Shown here: positions 17,132 to 26,852 of the stretch, one piece after another | Layout of the letters: every line of letters starts with the position of its first letter | Numbering within the stretch: the first letter of the stretch is position 1 | IMG/VR virus record: IMGVR_UViG_3300022752_000054 | Span: 1 to 64,000 of that record | Source: a virus | DNA length: 64,000 nt | Reading direction: 5' to 3' (one strand) | The notes under the pieces: model-generated | Database searches by the model: none | What the model saw: only the letters and a program-made list of their open reading frames with translations | What the model was told of the DNA's origin: nothing | Program-made: the position numbers and the translations under genes

Positions 17132-17443
17132 CCGCCTCTAGCTCAATAGGTCAGAGCAGTGCGCTTAAAGGTTCATAATACTAAACAGTAAAATGCATGT
17201 ATTATGAATCAGGGCTGCCGGATGAAACACTCCGGTATAACTTGACAAATTCGGGGAACGCTAAGTGGGGAAACTCATATGCCAATCCCGAGCCAAGCCT
17301 GGTAAAACAGGAAGGTGTAGAGACTAGACGTCAAGCCCGAGAGGGAAGGGATAGTCCAGACCACAAACAACGTAAGTTGGCGATGAAAATCGCAGTGGAA
17401 CTGCATAACGCAAAGTGTTACGGTTCAAGTCCGTAGGGGCGGA
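17132..17443 (+). tRNA. tRNA(CAT), probably Ile2, split by a group I intron (exons 17132-17165 and 17404-17443)
   Basis: acceptor CCGCCTC/GGGGCGG-A73; D arm GCTC/GAGC; spliced loop CT-CAT-AA; T arm TACGG-TTCAAGT-CCGTA; C4-G69 and C5-G68; no initiator features. Confidence 0.85.
17166..17403 (+). ncRNA. group I self-splicing intron (238 nt, no endonuclease ORF)
   Basis: follows exon U33; ends in omega-G; R element GTAGAGACTAGACG and S element GATAGTCCA (P7 GACTA/TAGTC); P/Q-like AAATTCGGGGAA and AATCCCGAG. Confidence 0.85.
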
Positions 17444-17459
17444 CAAATATAAGGAATCT

Positions 17460-18242
17460 TTAGACTAATCCTCTAAAGGTTCCTTTTTTTATTGCTTCGA
17501 TTTCATCCTTCATGATAATCTTTAATTTCTTGGGAAAACTTTTTCATTTGGCTTTGTCTCTGTCTGTTGCACAACCCTTTACTTCTACGTAGAGTTTTAA
17601 TGAATCTATGTAGAAGTCAGGAAAATATTTCCTCTGGCCTTCCCAATCATACTCAAAGTATTCTAGGCATCTTTGTGGGTTCAATCCTTCATTTTTAGCC
17701 CAATCATAAAATATTATTTCCCACGTGCTGTCAAATCTCACGCCATCTATTGTTACTTTTTTAGCACGAAAACGATTTAAGTTTGAATAAGATTCCGGGT
17801 GTTCTTCAACTGCTTTCTTCATGTAAGCGCGTATCTGATCTTTTCTTTCTTGCGAATATTGCCGACCAGACAATTTCTTTCTTAATTTCTCTTTTGTTTC
17901 TTCGGTGATTGGATTCCTGATTCTACGCGGATTGTCTGGACATTGTGATTCATGACACATGAGACTTAAGAAAGAAGATTTGAACTTCCCAAGATCACAA
18001 TCTTTTTGGCAGAATTTACATAAGAATTTTTGAGTCTCTGTGCACTCTTTTCTTCTCTCTTTGACCGCTTTTCTCTTTAAGGTTATCGGGGAAGCTTCTC
18101 CACCCACATATTTTCCTTTTCTAGAAGGAATTTTCAAGTTCTTGCTTCTGTTAGGATTTGATTCACACCAAGCTTCATGAATCCTCAGCGACATTAGGTT
18201 CGGCTTCTTCGATTCTTTCCCGCAATATTGACAATGATGCAT
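17460..18242 (-). CDS. free-standing zinc-finger/NUMOD3 + PD-(D/E)xK (TnsA-like) endonuclease with an in-frame TGA at 17544-17546
   Basis: CxxC...HExxC twice; FDSTWE...YFPDF...VEVKG; frame continues 27 codons after the TGA. Confidence 0.7.
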
Positions 18243-18290
18243 AATGATATAAGTATCAGCTACTCTTACCAATTGAGCTTTTCCACAAAT

Positions 18291-18324
18291 AAAAAACCGG
18301 CCCGAGATTTCTCCCAGGCCGGTC
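18291..18324 (-). terminator. intrinsic terminator
   Basis: ACCGGCCTG.../...CGGGCCGGT followed by a T-run. Confidence 0.7.
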
Positions 18325-18353
18325 ATGTTAGGTACGATTATGTGGTCAAATCA

Positions 18354-18866
18354 TCATGATGGTCCGCCGCCGAAGCCACCACCACCGAAGCCTCCACCAC
18401 CGCCGCTAAGCACTCCGACAGCGATCTTGAAGGTCACGCCGGAGACAGTTGCGATAAAGTAATAATAAGTTGCCGGTCCCATTACGGCTGAATAAGTGCT
18501 GCCGTATGAAGCAGCGAAGTTTATGTCGCCGAGGGTGAGTGGCACGTTTCCGCTGGCTATTTGAGAGACAGCGTTGTAAGAAGCATCTGAAGTTGATATC
18601 GTGTATGCTTGAGATGCATATGTTGATGTCAACGAATTGAATGCTGCAGATGAGTTCTGGAATACAACGTCGCCACCTTCGTTGACCGTTGTTGTTTCGG
18701 TTCCGCCTCCAAACATTGCCGGTCTGGTCCAAGATACCGCCTCGCCACCACCACCACCACCGCCGCCAAGCGGAGCAGTTCCAGCGGCCATTGAGCCACC
18801 AGATCCGGTGAACTTGATTTGTTGCCCAGCTGTGTGATTTTCTGTTTTCTTGTATTTAATGGCCAT
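18354..18866 (-). CDS. Gly-rich virion decoration/fibre-like protein
   Basis: AGGAG SD; MAI...QIKFTGSGGS anchor plus poly-Gly linker, like 23266..24201. Confidence 0.65.
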   Translation of the reverse strand: MAIKYKKTENHTAGQQIKFTGSGGSMAAGTAPLGGGGGGGGEAVSWTRPAMFGGGTETTTVNEGGDVVFQNSSAAFNSLTSTYASQAYTISTSDASYNAVSQIASGNVPLTLGDINFAASYGSTYSAVMGPATYYYFIATVSGVTFKIAVGVLSGGGGGFGGGGFGGGPS

Positions 18867-18952
18867 AAAGATCTCCTGATCGAACGCGATGTCGAGCGTC
18901 CGACGCAAATATAATTATGTAATCTTTAGTAGAATCGTTGTAATATAGAATC

Positions 18953-21900
18953 ATGTTCCGAAAATTCGAAATTGTTTTTTCGATGGTTCTGTTCGTTGTT
19001 GCAGGAGTCTACTCTACCGCTCGAGCCCAATTCACGCCGCCGCTTGATTCCAAAGTGAAGATTCCAAATGTGCTGTTGTTAATCGACACGAGCGGATCAA
19101 TGACATGGTCCCTTGACGGTGGCAACGCGGACTGCAAGGACACTTTAAATCCCAAGAAAGCCAGGTACACGATTCTAGGCGAGGTCCTTACGGGAACCGT
19201 GGACGATTTGGATTGTTGGTCTGGGATCGATCCCTTGAGCCTTGGAACATCTGCTGTTCCACTCATGTCTAATTCAGAGAGACATCAACCAGGTGGACAG
19301 AATTGTGTTCCTACATTAAACCTTGATGTTGATATCATTAATTCTCTCAAGGCACAACCCTTTGGTTGGCCTTACGAGGCGGCCGATAAAGACAACTCAT
19401 CCGCCATCACTTACTGCGGTGCTAAGACATCGTCGAGGTTCACACGTTGTTTCAACGCTTCGACGTGGGGTACCCGTGACGTGTGCAACAAGGCTAACAT
19501 CGGTTGGAACCAGGCTGCCGATGGTTTGCTTGACACCTATGGATCCAAGATTCGTTTTGGAATGATGTCATTTGATTCACTCGTGTGGTCAGGATACTCC
19601 ACGGCTGATTTCTATTCCAATAAAACGATGGCATGGTGGACTCCTGAGACCGGTGGAACTGTAACATACACGTATGATCCCCTGTGCCGAAACAACACGA
19701 TGGGTCACTATTGCTTCCTATATTATTTCCCATACATGTACTATGACGTGGCTGAATGGTCGTATTGGCATGGAACCGGTACCACGTTGAGTTCTACATG
19801 GCTCACAGGAACTAGATCGGCCACGTTGTTTCCTTCCACAGCTATCGTAGGTGGGATGTACTCGTTGGCTTCATCAGATATTGGTGCCAGGAATTCCCGA
19901 GCTTTGCCCCACAAGGGAAGACTGATTGGATTCGGACATCCGGATGCAGTTGCTACTGATACGGTTGCACACAACGAAATGGTGCAGGATTCTATCCTTG
20001 GTTTGTCGATGAACCTAGAACATAATACTCCTCTTGCAGCTCTAATGAGGGATGCCTATGAGTTCATTTCAAACGATGTTTCTACCAACGGTGTGACCAT
20101 TCCCCATCCAACGACTTCAGCACCTACGCTCACCACAATTGGACCTCAAACTGATGTTTATTTTTCCAATGCTGCCCGTTGTAGAGACACACTAGTGATT
20201 CTTGTGACAGATGGTGAGCCTACAGGAGATTTGAACGACAGGATGTCGTACTGGGCAGGAAAGCTCGCTGTCGAACAGGATGTCAAGACGATCGTGTTCG
20301 GCATTGGATTGGAGACAGCAAGGTGGAAACCTAATTCTACAATCCTCTCCAAGAAGTGTAGCGATCTAGTTCCTGCTGATTACAGTTCTGTTTCGACAGG
20401 AACTTCGATCTGTACTCGTGATGGATTGAACTGGAAGTACGCGGACAATCCACTGTTCACTTCCGGACTTACATCCACCGATAGATCTGCCATTCGTGCC
20501 TGTTGCAACCTTCTTGAGACCGCGATCCTTGGAGATCCAACAAATTCCTACGGACAGGTTCCGTACTTCCCCAACGATCAGGCTCAACTCAAGCAAACCC
20601 TTGATACGATCCTCAAATCAATCGCAGGAACAACAGTAAGCAGAACTGTTCCGGTCTTCGCCAATATCTCTTCAACCTTTCAATCAGGTAACGCCCCAGC
20701 TTCATACTATGAACTACGATCAGCTCTCATTCCTGCCTCAAAACCCACCAGTGGAACCCTCGAGCGGGTGAGGTATGCCTGCGATAATTCATCCGAACCT
20801 GTTCGACAAAACATCGAAGAGATCAAGGGGGATCAATTCCACAAGAACCTCGATGCTACATCTGTCAGGCCTCGAAAGTTCATTACTGTTGTTCCGTTGA
20901 AGGTTGGAAATGTTGTAAAACCAATGTGGACCATCAGGCCTTCCACCGTTGTTGAGGATCAACTAATGGGATCTCCTGCAACTTCAGGAAACTTTGTCAG
21001 GTTGGATGGAACATCACCCGATCTTACAGCACCATATCAATCTGATTTTGGTGTTACGATCGATAATTTATCTTCCACTATCACAGCCTTGGGCGGAACA
21101 TATCCGAAAGGATCAGAACTGTTGAACCTTTCGTCGACCGATGCCTCCACATGTCTGAGCCAGGTTGGTACCAACACATTAGAAGAATGTGCTAAAAGAG
21201 TGCTGCAGTGGTACGGAGGAAGTTCTCAGGTATACCCTCTGTCAAATGGCAACATGTCACCTTCACGAGATCCAAACGTTTGTGGTGGTTGGGACAAGTG
21301 CGGTCCGCTAGGAGCAATCTTCAGGTCCAATCCCGTGATTGTTGAACCGCCCACACCCAATGCAGCTGAGCAATCATTCTCATCCAATAAACCATCGGGC
21401 GCTCAATCATTCTACCAACAACAACGAACTCGTCCAACGATGCTGTATTCCCAAACGATCGATGGAATCCTACACGCATTTGTCATGTCCAAGAATGCTG
21501 CCCTTCCTGATCCATACGGAAACGTATCCACGGTGGATTCTCTGGAGAACAACGAGCTATGGAGCTTCATTCCTCCCGCGATCCTTCCACAGATCTGGCC
21601 TAACTTCAAGACAGAGGCTCGATTGTTGGATGGACCTCTCACAGTTGGAAACGTTGTGTTCAGCAGGAACATGACTCAGACTTCCGAGGGTGCAACAGAT
21701 CTCTCAGGGTTCAGAACTGTGTTGGTTGGTTCATCCGGTTACGGAGACTCAGGATTCTACTATGCGATGGATGTCACCAATCCGATGGAACCACGGTTCC
21801 TGTGGCAGCTCGTCAACTCATCGGGTGGAAACGCGTTGTTCGGAAAGGTCTTACCGGGAGCCGCAATCACAACGCTAAAGATCAAGGATCCAAAGGATGG

Positions 21901-23197
21901 AATCATCAAACAGGTCGGTGTTGCAATCCTTCCAGGAGGAAGAGATCCAGGTACACCCACGGTCACAATGTCTCGTAGGATCTTTTCTACATCACGTTCA
22001 CCAATCTTCTCATGGAACGGGCAGTATTATCCGCGTGCCCTGATCAGAAGCTGGGGCGCAAAGGTACCTTCTCGATCGTTGACCATCGTTGAGCTAGAGA
22101 CGGGTAGAATCATCGCCCGCATGGCAGGCGAATGGGGTGATAACCCAGGAAAGACATCGACAGTAACATGCTCAGGCGGTCCCAGCGGAGCTGATGCAAC
22201 AACTTGTGGTTTATCACCGAGTGTCATCGTGAATCCGACTCGTGTTAGCTTTGATTCGCCCCTAACAGGAACACCAGTGGCATTTCCATCCGGTGTTGCA
22301 CAAACATCCACACGGGTATACGTTGGTGATGCAGACGGTGTTGTTTGGCGTGTCAACATGATCGACCCAGAACCTCTAAAGTGGACTGCAGAGATTGCAT
22401 GGGATGCCTACAATCACTCTTCTGTCCCTAATAATTCTCTAAAACTATCCTATGTTGTCAATGGAATCAATTCAGGAAACCCTTTAAACCTATCCACAAC
22501 ATCACTGTCAGCTGCTACAATGGGCCAGCCTATCGAACAACAACCAATTATTTCCGTAGATTCTCGAGGAGTTCTAACTGTGACGCTGACAACAGGCGAT
22601 GGAGAATCTTTCAACACCGTTTCTCCAGGAACTCTCAACTTCCTTACAACATTTGTTGATGGTTTGAACACAAGTGGTACGGCATTCGAGCCAATCATCA
22701 ATGCCACACAAGGTATTTCAATGGTGTTTACCGACGGTGGAAGGGTGACAGGACCCCCTACGCTCTTCGATGGTAAACTATTCTTCAGTTACTTCTCGCC
22801 TCAAACGGCGACAGTTTGCACCTCAGGTAAAAGTGGTTGGTGCGCCGTTGATTTCCTGAATGGTAACAACTCAACTCCAATGGCTGTCATGGATGTGGAT
22901 CCGTTTCTTCCAGGTAACGATCGTTGCACCACATTCCAGAACGGTGAGGTCGTCTTCGGTCTTGCAATCAATGCTGTTCCATCCTGCGTTCAAACGGAGG
23001 ACAACTTCAACGATCAGTGGTTGGCAGGTCAATACAACAGTTATTCATCTTCGAAAGGTATGAACTACCAACTCGTGATGCAGACAAGCCAAGGTGGAAC
23101 ATCTGAGAATGGTTCAACAATCAACTCCACACGAATCGCTCTTCCTCCGCCCCGAGCGAAGTCTCGACTACAATCATGGGTCTCCGTGATGCAGTGA
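18953..23197 (+). CDS. pilY1: PilY1-like type IV pilus tip adhesin (signal peptide, vWA domain, beta-propeller)
   Basis: PNVLLLIDTSGSM, TPLAA, ILVTDGEP (MIDAS); LGAIFRSNP, DGILHAF, ELWSFIP, YYAMDVT, YVGDADGVVWRV, SRLQSW. Confidence 0.85.
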   Translation: MFRKFEIVFSMVLFVVAGVYSTARAQFTPPLDSKVKIPNVLLLIDTSGSMTWSLDGGNADCKDTLNPKKARYTILGEVLTGTVDDLDCWSGIDPLSLGTSAVPLMSNSERHQPGGQNCVPTLNLDVDIINSLKAQPFGWPYEAADKDNSSAITYCGAKTSSRFTRCFNASTWGTRDVCNKANIGWNQAADGLLDTYGSKIRFGMMSFDSLVWSGYSTADFYSNKTMAWWTPETGGTVTYTYDPLCRNNTMGHYCFLYYFPYMYYDVAEWSYWHGTGTTLSSTWLTGTRSATLFPSTAIVGGMYSLASSDIGARNSRALPHKGRLIGFGHPDAVATDTVAHNEMVQDSILGLSMNLEHNTPLAALMRDAYEFISNDVSTNGVTIPHPTTSAPTLTTIGPQTDVYFSNAARCRDTLVILVTDGEPTGDLNDRMSYWAGKLAVEQDVKTIVFGIGLETARWKPNSTILSKKCSDLVPADYSSVSTGTSICTRDGLNWKYADNPLFTSGLTSTDRSAIRACCNLLETAILGDPTNSYGQVPYFPNDQAQLKQTLDTILKSIAGTTVSRTVPVFANISSTFQSGNAPASYYELRSALIPASKPTSGTLERVRYACDNSSEPVRQNIEEIKGDQFHKNLDATSVRPRKFITVVPLKVGNVVKPMWTIRPSTVVEDQLMGSPATSGNFVRLDGTSPDLTAPYQSDFGVTIDNLSSTITALGGTYPKGSELLNLSSTDASTCLSQVGTNTLEECAKRVLQWYGGSSQVYPLSNGNMSPSRDPNVCGGWDKCGPLGAIFRSNPVIVEPPTPNAAEQSFSSNKPSGAQSFYQQQRTRPTMLYSQTIDGILHAFVMSKNAALPDPYGNVSTVDSLENNELWSFIPPAILPQIWPNFKTEARLLDGPLTVGNVVFSRNMTQTSEGATDLSGFRTVLVGSSGYGDSGFYYAMDVTNPMEPRFLWQLVNSSGGNALFGKVLPGAAITTLKIKDPKDGIIKQVGVAILPGGRDPGTPTVTMSRRIFSTSRSPIFSWNGQYYPRALIRSWGAKVPSRSLTIVELETGRIIARMAGEWGDNPGKTSTVTCSGGPSGADATTCGLSPSVIVNPTRVSFDSPLTGTPVAFPSGVAQTSTRVYVGDADGVVWRVNMIDPEPLKWTAEIAWDAYNHSSVPNNSLKLSYVVNGINSGNPLNLSTTSLSAATMGQPIEQQPIISVDSRGVLTVTLTTGDGESFNTVSPGTLNFLTTFVDGLNTSGTAFEPIINATQGISMVFTDGGRVTGPPTLFDGKLFFSYFSPQTATVCTSGKSGWCAVDFLNGNNSTPMAVMDVDPFLPGNDRCTTFQNGEVVFGLAINAVPSCVQTEDNFNDQWLAGQYNSYSSSKGMNYQLVMQTSQGGTSENGSTINSTRIALPPPRAKSRLQSWVSVMQ

Positions 23198-23204
23198 GCC
23201 AAAT

Positions 23205-23235
23205 AAAAACGACCGGGAGTTTTAGTTCCCGGTCG
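23205..23235 (-). terminator. intrinsic terminator between convergent genes
   Basis: CGACCGGGA/TCCCGGTCG stem followed by a T-run on the minus strand. Confidence 0.7.
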
Positions 23236-23265
23236 AAAAACTAGGTTAAGTTTTTAGTGTGTAAA

Positions 23266-24201
23266 TCAAACAGCGATTCCATGCTTGGCAGAGAGGTATG
23301 CCAATACTTGATTTCTCTCTGATGCTGTATGTTGTGTCTTGTAGAGAATTATTTCAGCTATTCTACCGCTGAAACCGTGAGCAATTCTTCCGTCGTAACC
23401 CATAAAGCCTCTTTCACCAGCTAGACCGCCGAGCACGATTTCAGTATTACCTGCGCTTGGCAAATTCATGGTAGTTGTGGATGTCGAATTTGAAATCACT
23501 CCGGAAGAAGAACCATTTATCAAGTACTCTGAATTCTGTAATTGTTCTCCTGATCCGATTATGAATGAAGTAATTTTTGCGTCTGTATTTGCTTGGTACA
23601 GATCGCTACCACCCCCTGTGAAGTTTGTATCTGAGACCCAGTTTGCAGTTCCGCTACTATTCTGAGGTGACCCTGCCGCCCAACCGTTGACGCCATTTGT
23701 ATCAGCACCACCCCATGTAATTAATCTATTGTATGTTTGACCGATAGATATAACTGGTTGCATAGCAAAGGGTATTGCCAAATCTGGTTTGAAAACTGCA
23801 TACAATGATATTGGATCAGAGCCTGCTGGAATGTTTCCTGCTGTAGGATCTCCTGCGAAATACATTGAGAATCCCACAGGGTAATATGGGTCTCCTCCGC
23901 GAACGTGATCAAATTTTACTGATTTTTTACCGTTAAAATAAGTTCCTGTTGTATCTAATCTTGGTTTCCAGTCGCCGCCATAATTGTATGGACTTAGATT
24001 GTTTCCATTTCCGCTCTTATCAGTCCAGCTAGTGATGTCTGAATCATCTGCTTGCATGATATCTTCTGCATCATACCAGGCTGACATTAGTGTCATCGGA
24101 GGCGCTCCGCCTCCGCCTCCGCCTGATGAAGCAATGCTTAAGCTTCCTCCCGTTCCGCTAAATTTGATGGATCCTCCGGATCCTTTTGTCACTATGGCCA
24201 T
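23266..24201 (-). CDS. virion protein: short MAI-KFxG anchor + LamG-like domain
   Basis: AGGAG SD; WYDAED...WTDKSGNGN...GRIAEIILY...YLSAKHG. Confidence 0.8.
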   Translation of the reverse strand: MAIVTKGSGGSIKFSGTGGSLSIASSGGGGGGAPPMTLMSAWYDAEDIMQADDSDITSWTDKSGNGNNLSPYNYGGDWKPRLDTTGTYFNGKKSVKFDHVRGGDPYYPVGFSMYFAGDPTAGNIPAGSDPISLYAVFKPDLAIPFAMQPVISIGQTYNRLITWGGADTNGVNGWAAGSPQNSSGTANWVSDTNFTGGGSDLYQANTDAKITSFIIGSGEQLQNSEYLINGSSSGVISNSTSTTTMNLPSAGNTEIVLGGLAGERGFMGYDGRIAHGFSGRIAEIILYKTQHTASERNQVLAYLSAKHGIAV

Positions 24202-24364
24202 AAAATCTCCTTCTGAACAGTATAAACTCTGTTCAGTCAATCATAAATATCGTAATTGATTTATATTATAGTTGATTTTTGCATATTACCTGGTTGATCG
24301 AGATAATTCTTCGCAAAATAAGCCTGTGAAAACCTCATCTCAATTATGTTAGTATTATCAAACC

Positions 24365-24973
24365 ATGATCAGGTTCCTTGGAAAGCTGCCTCGCAAGTGT
24401 GTGGTTGCCTTCAGCGGTGGTGTTGATTCCGTGGCAGTGACTGATTTTCTTCTCAACGGAAAGCGTGATGTTCACCTGGCATTTTTTCACCATGGAACTG
24501 TGACATCCGATGAGGCAGAGAAGTTTGCAAAGGAATTCGCCAGGGAGAGGAACCTCAACTTATCCATCGGGCGGATCAGCAATGAAAAGTCACCGGGTGA
24601 ATCCATGGAGGAATACTGGCGGAACGAGAGGTATCGATTCCTTTCCATGTACAATTTCCCGGTGATTACTGCACATCACCTTGGAGATGCCGTGGAGACA
24701 TGGATCTTCAATTCTCTGCACGGAAATCCCCGAATCTTGCCTTATCAGAGGAACAACATCATCAGGCCTTTCCTTATCACCCCTAAGTCTGAGTTGATTG
24801 ATTGGGCTAAAAGGAAAGGATTGAAGTGGATGGAGGATGAATCCAACAACGATCTGAAGTACATGAGGAACCTGATCAGGCACAAGATCGTCCCTGAGGC
24901 AATGGTGATTAATCCTGGTCTTGACAAGGTTGTAAAGAAGATGTATATTAAGGAAGAGATGAAAGAGGGGTAA
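24365..24973 (+). CDS. tilS: tRNA(Ile)-lysidine synthase (minimal, N-terminal PP-loop domain only)
   Basis: AFSGGVDS; RNERY; TAHHLGDAVET; IRPFL; DESN...RNLIR; class I promoter at 24326-24355. Confidence 0.9.
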   Translation: MIRFLGKLPRKCVVAFSGGVDSVAVTDFLLNGKRDVHLAFFHHGTVTSDEAEKFAKEFARERNLNLSIGRISNEKSPGESMEEYWRNERYRFLSMYNFPVITAHHLGDAVETWIFNSLHGNPRILPYQRNNIIRPFLITPKSELIDWAKRKGLKWMEDESNNDLKYMRNLIRHKIVPEAMVINPGLDKVVKKMYIKEEMKEG

Positions 24974-24976
24974 ACT

Positions 24977-25228
24977 ATGGAAATGTTTAGAAAATCCACG
25001 TGGATTGAGTTGCGAGTTCCGCCTCCTGCAGCTGGGATAGTTTTCATCCACGTTGCAAGGCCTGATCGACCATTAATGATAACGGATATCCTAGAGGATG
25101 AGATACAACGCGTAGACGTGGCAGGCGTCACGGCACCTTGGGGGTCCATCGAAGATTGGCGAGATGAGGTTCGCCATAGAAATATAGAGATTGTTTATGA
25201 CCCAAAGCATTACATTCAAAAAAGGTGA
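24977..25228 (+). CDS. hypothetical protein
   Basis: SD and operon position. Confidence 0.55.
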   Translation: MEMFRKSTWIELRVPPPAAGIVFIHVARPDRPLMITDILEDEIQRVDVAGVTAPWGSIEDWRDEVRHRNIEIVYDPKHYIQKR

Positions 25229-25433
25229 TTTGGTTCTCTACGATAAGTTTGGATCTTATCATGAGTCAGTATCCCCCTCTGTCTTCATTGACGATTTTGC
25301 TGTAGGAATTATTCTTGAAATCGTAGAGGAAAAAAGTGGGGGTGTTGACAACGCTTTCGCAGAGATCATGAAGGAAGATGGGTCAAAAGGTTTCTTTTCT
25401 TTATCTTACCTAAATTCGTTCGAACAGCCATAA
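25197..25433 (+). CDS. small 'GDLV' family protein
   Basis: FKKGDLV...GIIL. Confidence 0.65.
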   Translation: MTQSITFKKGDLVLYDKFGSYHESVSPSVFIDDFAVGIILEIVEEKSGGVDNAFAEIMKEDGSKGFFSLSYLNSFEQP

Positions 25434-25445
25434 AAAGGAAATTTG

Positions 25446-26021
25446 ATGAGTGACTTGAAAAATCCGTCGTGGCCGCAGGGACAGTTCGATCATAGGAATG
25501 TCATCGATTATTACAAATATTGGGAGCATGATGCGATCCTAGCCGACCAAGACAAGAACAGGTGCCGTTTGAAAATCGTGGCTGAGAATTTTGGAAATGA
25601 CTTCAACATCTCAACCGTCGTGAGATCTTCCAACGCTTTCTTGTGTAATGAAGTGATCATCGTTGGTCGAAGACGCTGGGATCGCCGCGGAGCTTGCGGA
25701 ACGCATAATTACGAGCACGTAAACTATGAAGAGAATATTGGGAGCGTCATTTCCAAGCATCCGAATCATAGAGTGGTCGTGCTAGATAATGTTCCAGGAG
25801 CCTCTTCGATTTATGACTATAAATGGCATGAAGATACATTGCTTGTTTTAGGACAAGAATCAATTGGGGTATCTCCTGAATCGATGGTGGCGGCCCACGA
25901 TGTGATCTACATCCCGCAGTGGGGTTCTGTTAGATCGTTGAACGTTGGATCAGCCGCCACAGTAGCCATGGCGTTTTATCGAGGGCAGTGGGGTAAAGAT
26001 CAGCCGACACCGTCCCAATAA
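25446..26021 (+). CDS. TrmH/SpoU-family (SPOUT) RNA 2'-O-methyltransferase
   Basis: NDFNISTVVRS; LVLGQESIGV; IPQWGSVRSLNVGSAA. Confidence 0.88.
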   Translation: MSDLKNPSWPQGQFDHRNVIDYYKYWEHDAILADQDKNRCRLKIVAENFGNDFNISTVVRSSNAFLCNEVIIVGRRRWDRRGACGTHNYEHVNYEENIGSVISKHPNHRVVVLDNVPGASSIYDYKWHEDTLLVLGQESIGVSPESMVAAHDVIYIPQWGSVRSLNVGSAATVAMAFYRGQWGKDQPTPSQ

Positions 26022-26404
26022 TTGGACCCGTCGACGGAACCGGTTAGAATTGGCATGAACCTTCCATCAATCGTGGTTAACGCGCAATAAATGCTGTATG
26101 TATATGCGCCTGAAGCATTTGCTCTAACGAATATTTCTTTCACTCTTGCATCAAGGGTTATAGTCTGACCACCATTTACTAATACGTAATTTGTTCCATT
26201 AATTCCATTCTCAGTAAATCCAACCCTGATTCTATTGGTGGCCGTCGTGTCGGTATTCACGAAAGTTATACTTTTAGTGACTTTTGGTAAAGAGTACTTG
26301 GCGACGATTACTCCGCTCGTGGCAGCTGTAACTGTCCATGGCAAACCTGAAGTTTGAAATTCTGGTGTGCTAAAAAAGCCTGAACTTGGATTATTAAGTG
26401 ACAT
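26000..26404 (-). CDS. putative virion protein, paralog of 16620..17012
   Basis: FQTSGLPW...PKVTK...FTENG...CALTTI...LTGS...GVG. Confidence 0.7.
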   Translation of the reverse strand: MSLNNPSSGFFSTPEFQTSGLPWTVTAATSGVIVAKYSLPKVTKSITFVNTDTTATNRIRVGFTENGINGTNYVLVNGGQTITLDARVKEIFVRANASGAYTYSIYCALTTIDGRFMPILTGSVDGSNYWDGVG

Positions 26405-26450
26405 AATTTCTCATTATATGTATAATGGGAGCGAGTAAACGGAAGCTAAA

Positions 26451-26816
26451 ATGAAAGTATTGGTTCTAAACGATTCTGAGAGTGAGTTTCTTACAATTGC
26501 AGCGCACCACGAAAATTCTGATGTGTTTCACGCACACCGTTACCTACAATTTTTACAGCAGATGGATGGACAAGATTGGGACATCGTGTACCTCGATGAT
26601 GACCTTTCTTCTACAGCTGAACCTGATTCCTGGTTCGACGGTAACGGGTTCAAGAGACTTTACGATGGCATTCACGCCGCAAGGGCGATAGCTACGTTGG
26701 CTGAAATTGGGAAGAACCCCACGAAGCGAGTCATCATTTCTTCGGCCTCCACCGCCGCGAGCAAAATGCTACAGATTTTATCTGACGTCGGAGTAAACGT
26801 CACAAAAAGTACTTGA
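26451..26816 (+). CDS. divergent stand-alone receiver (REC)-fold protein
   Basis: VLVLND...DIVYLDDDL...DGIHAA...VIISS. Confidence 0.55.
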   Translation: MKVLVLNDSESEFLTIAAHHENSDVFHAHRYLQFLQQMDGQDWDIVYLDDDLSSTAEPDSWFDGNGFKRLYDGIHAARAIATLAEIGKNPTKRVIISSASTAASKMLQILSDVGVNVTKST

Positions 26817-26852
26817 GTTTGAACAAAGAATCTTACATTGATTAATTTAGCA

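Noticed and set aside
17197-17436. 79-aa ORF inside the intron as a homing endonuclease
   Set aside because: It has no nuclease motif and overlaps the ribozyme core and tRNA exon 2.
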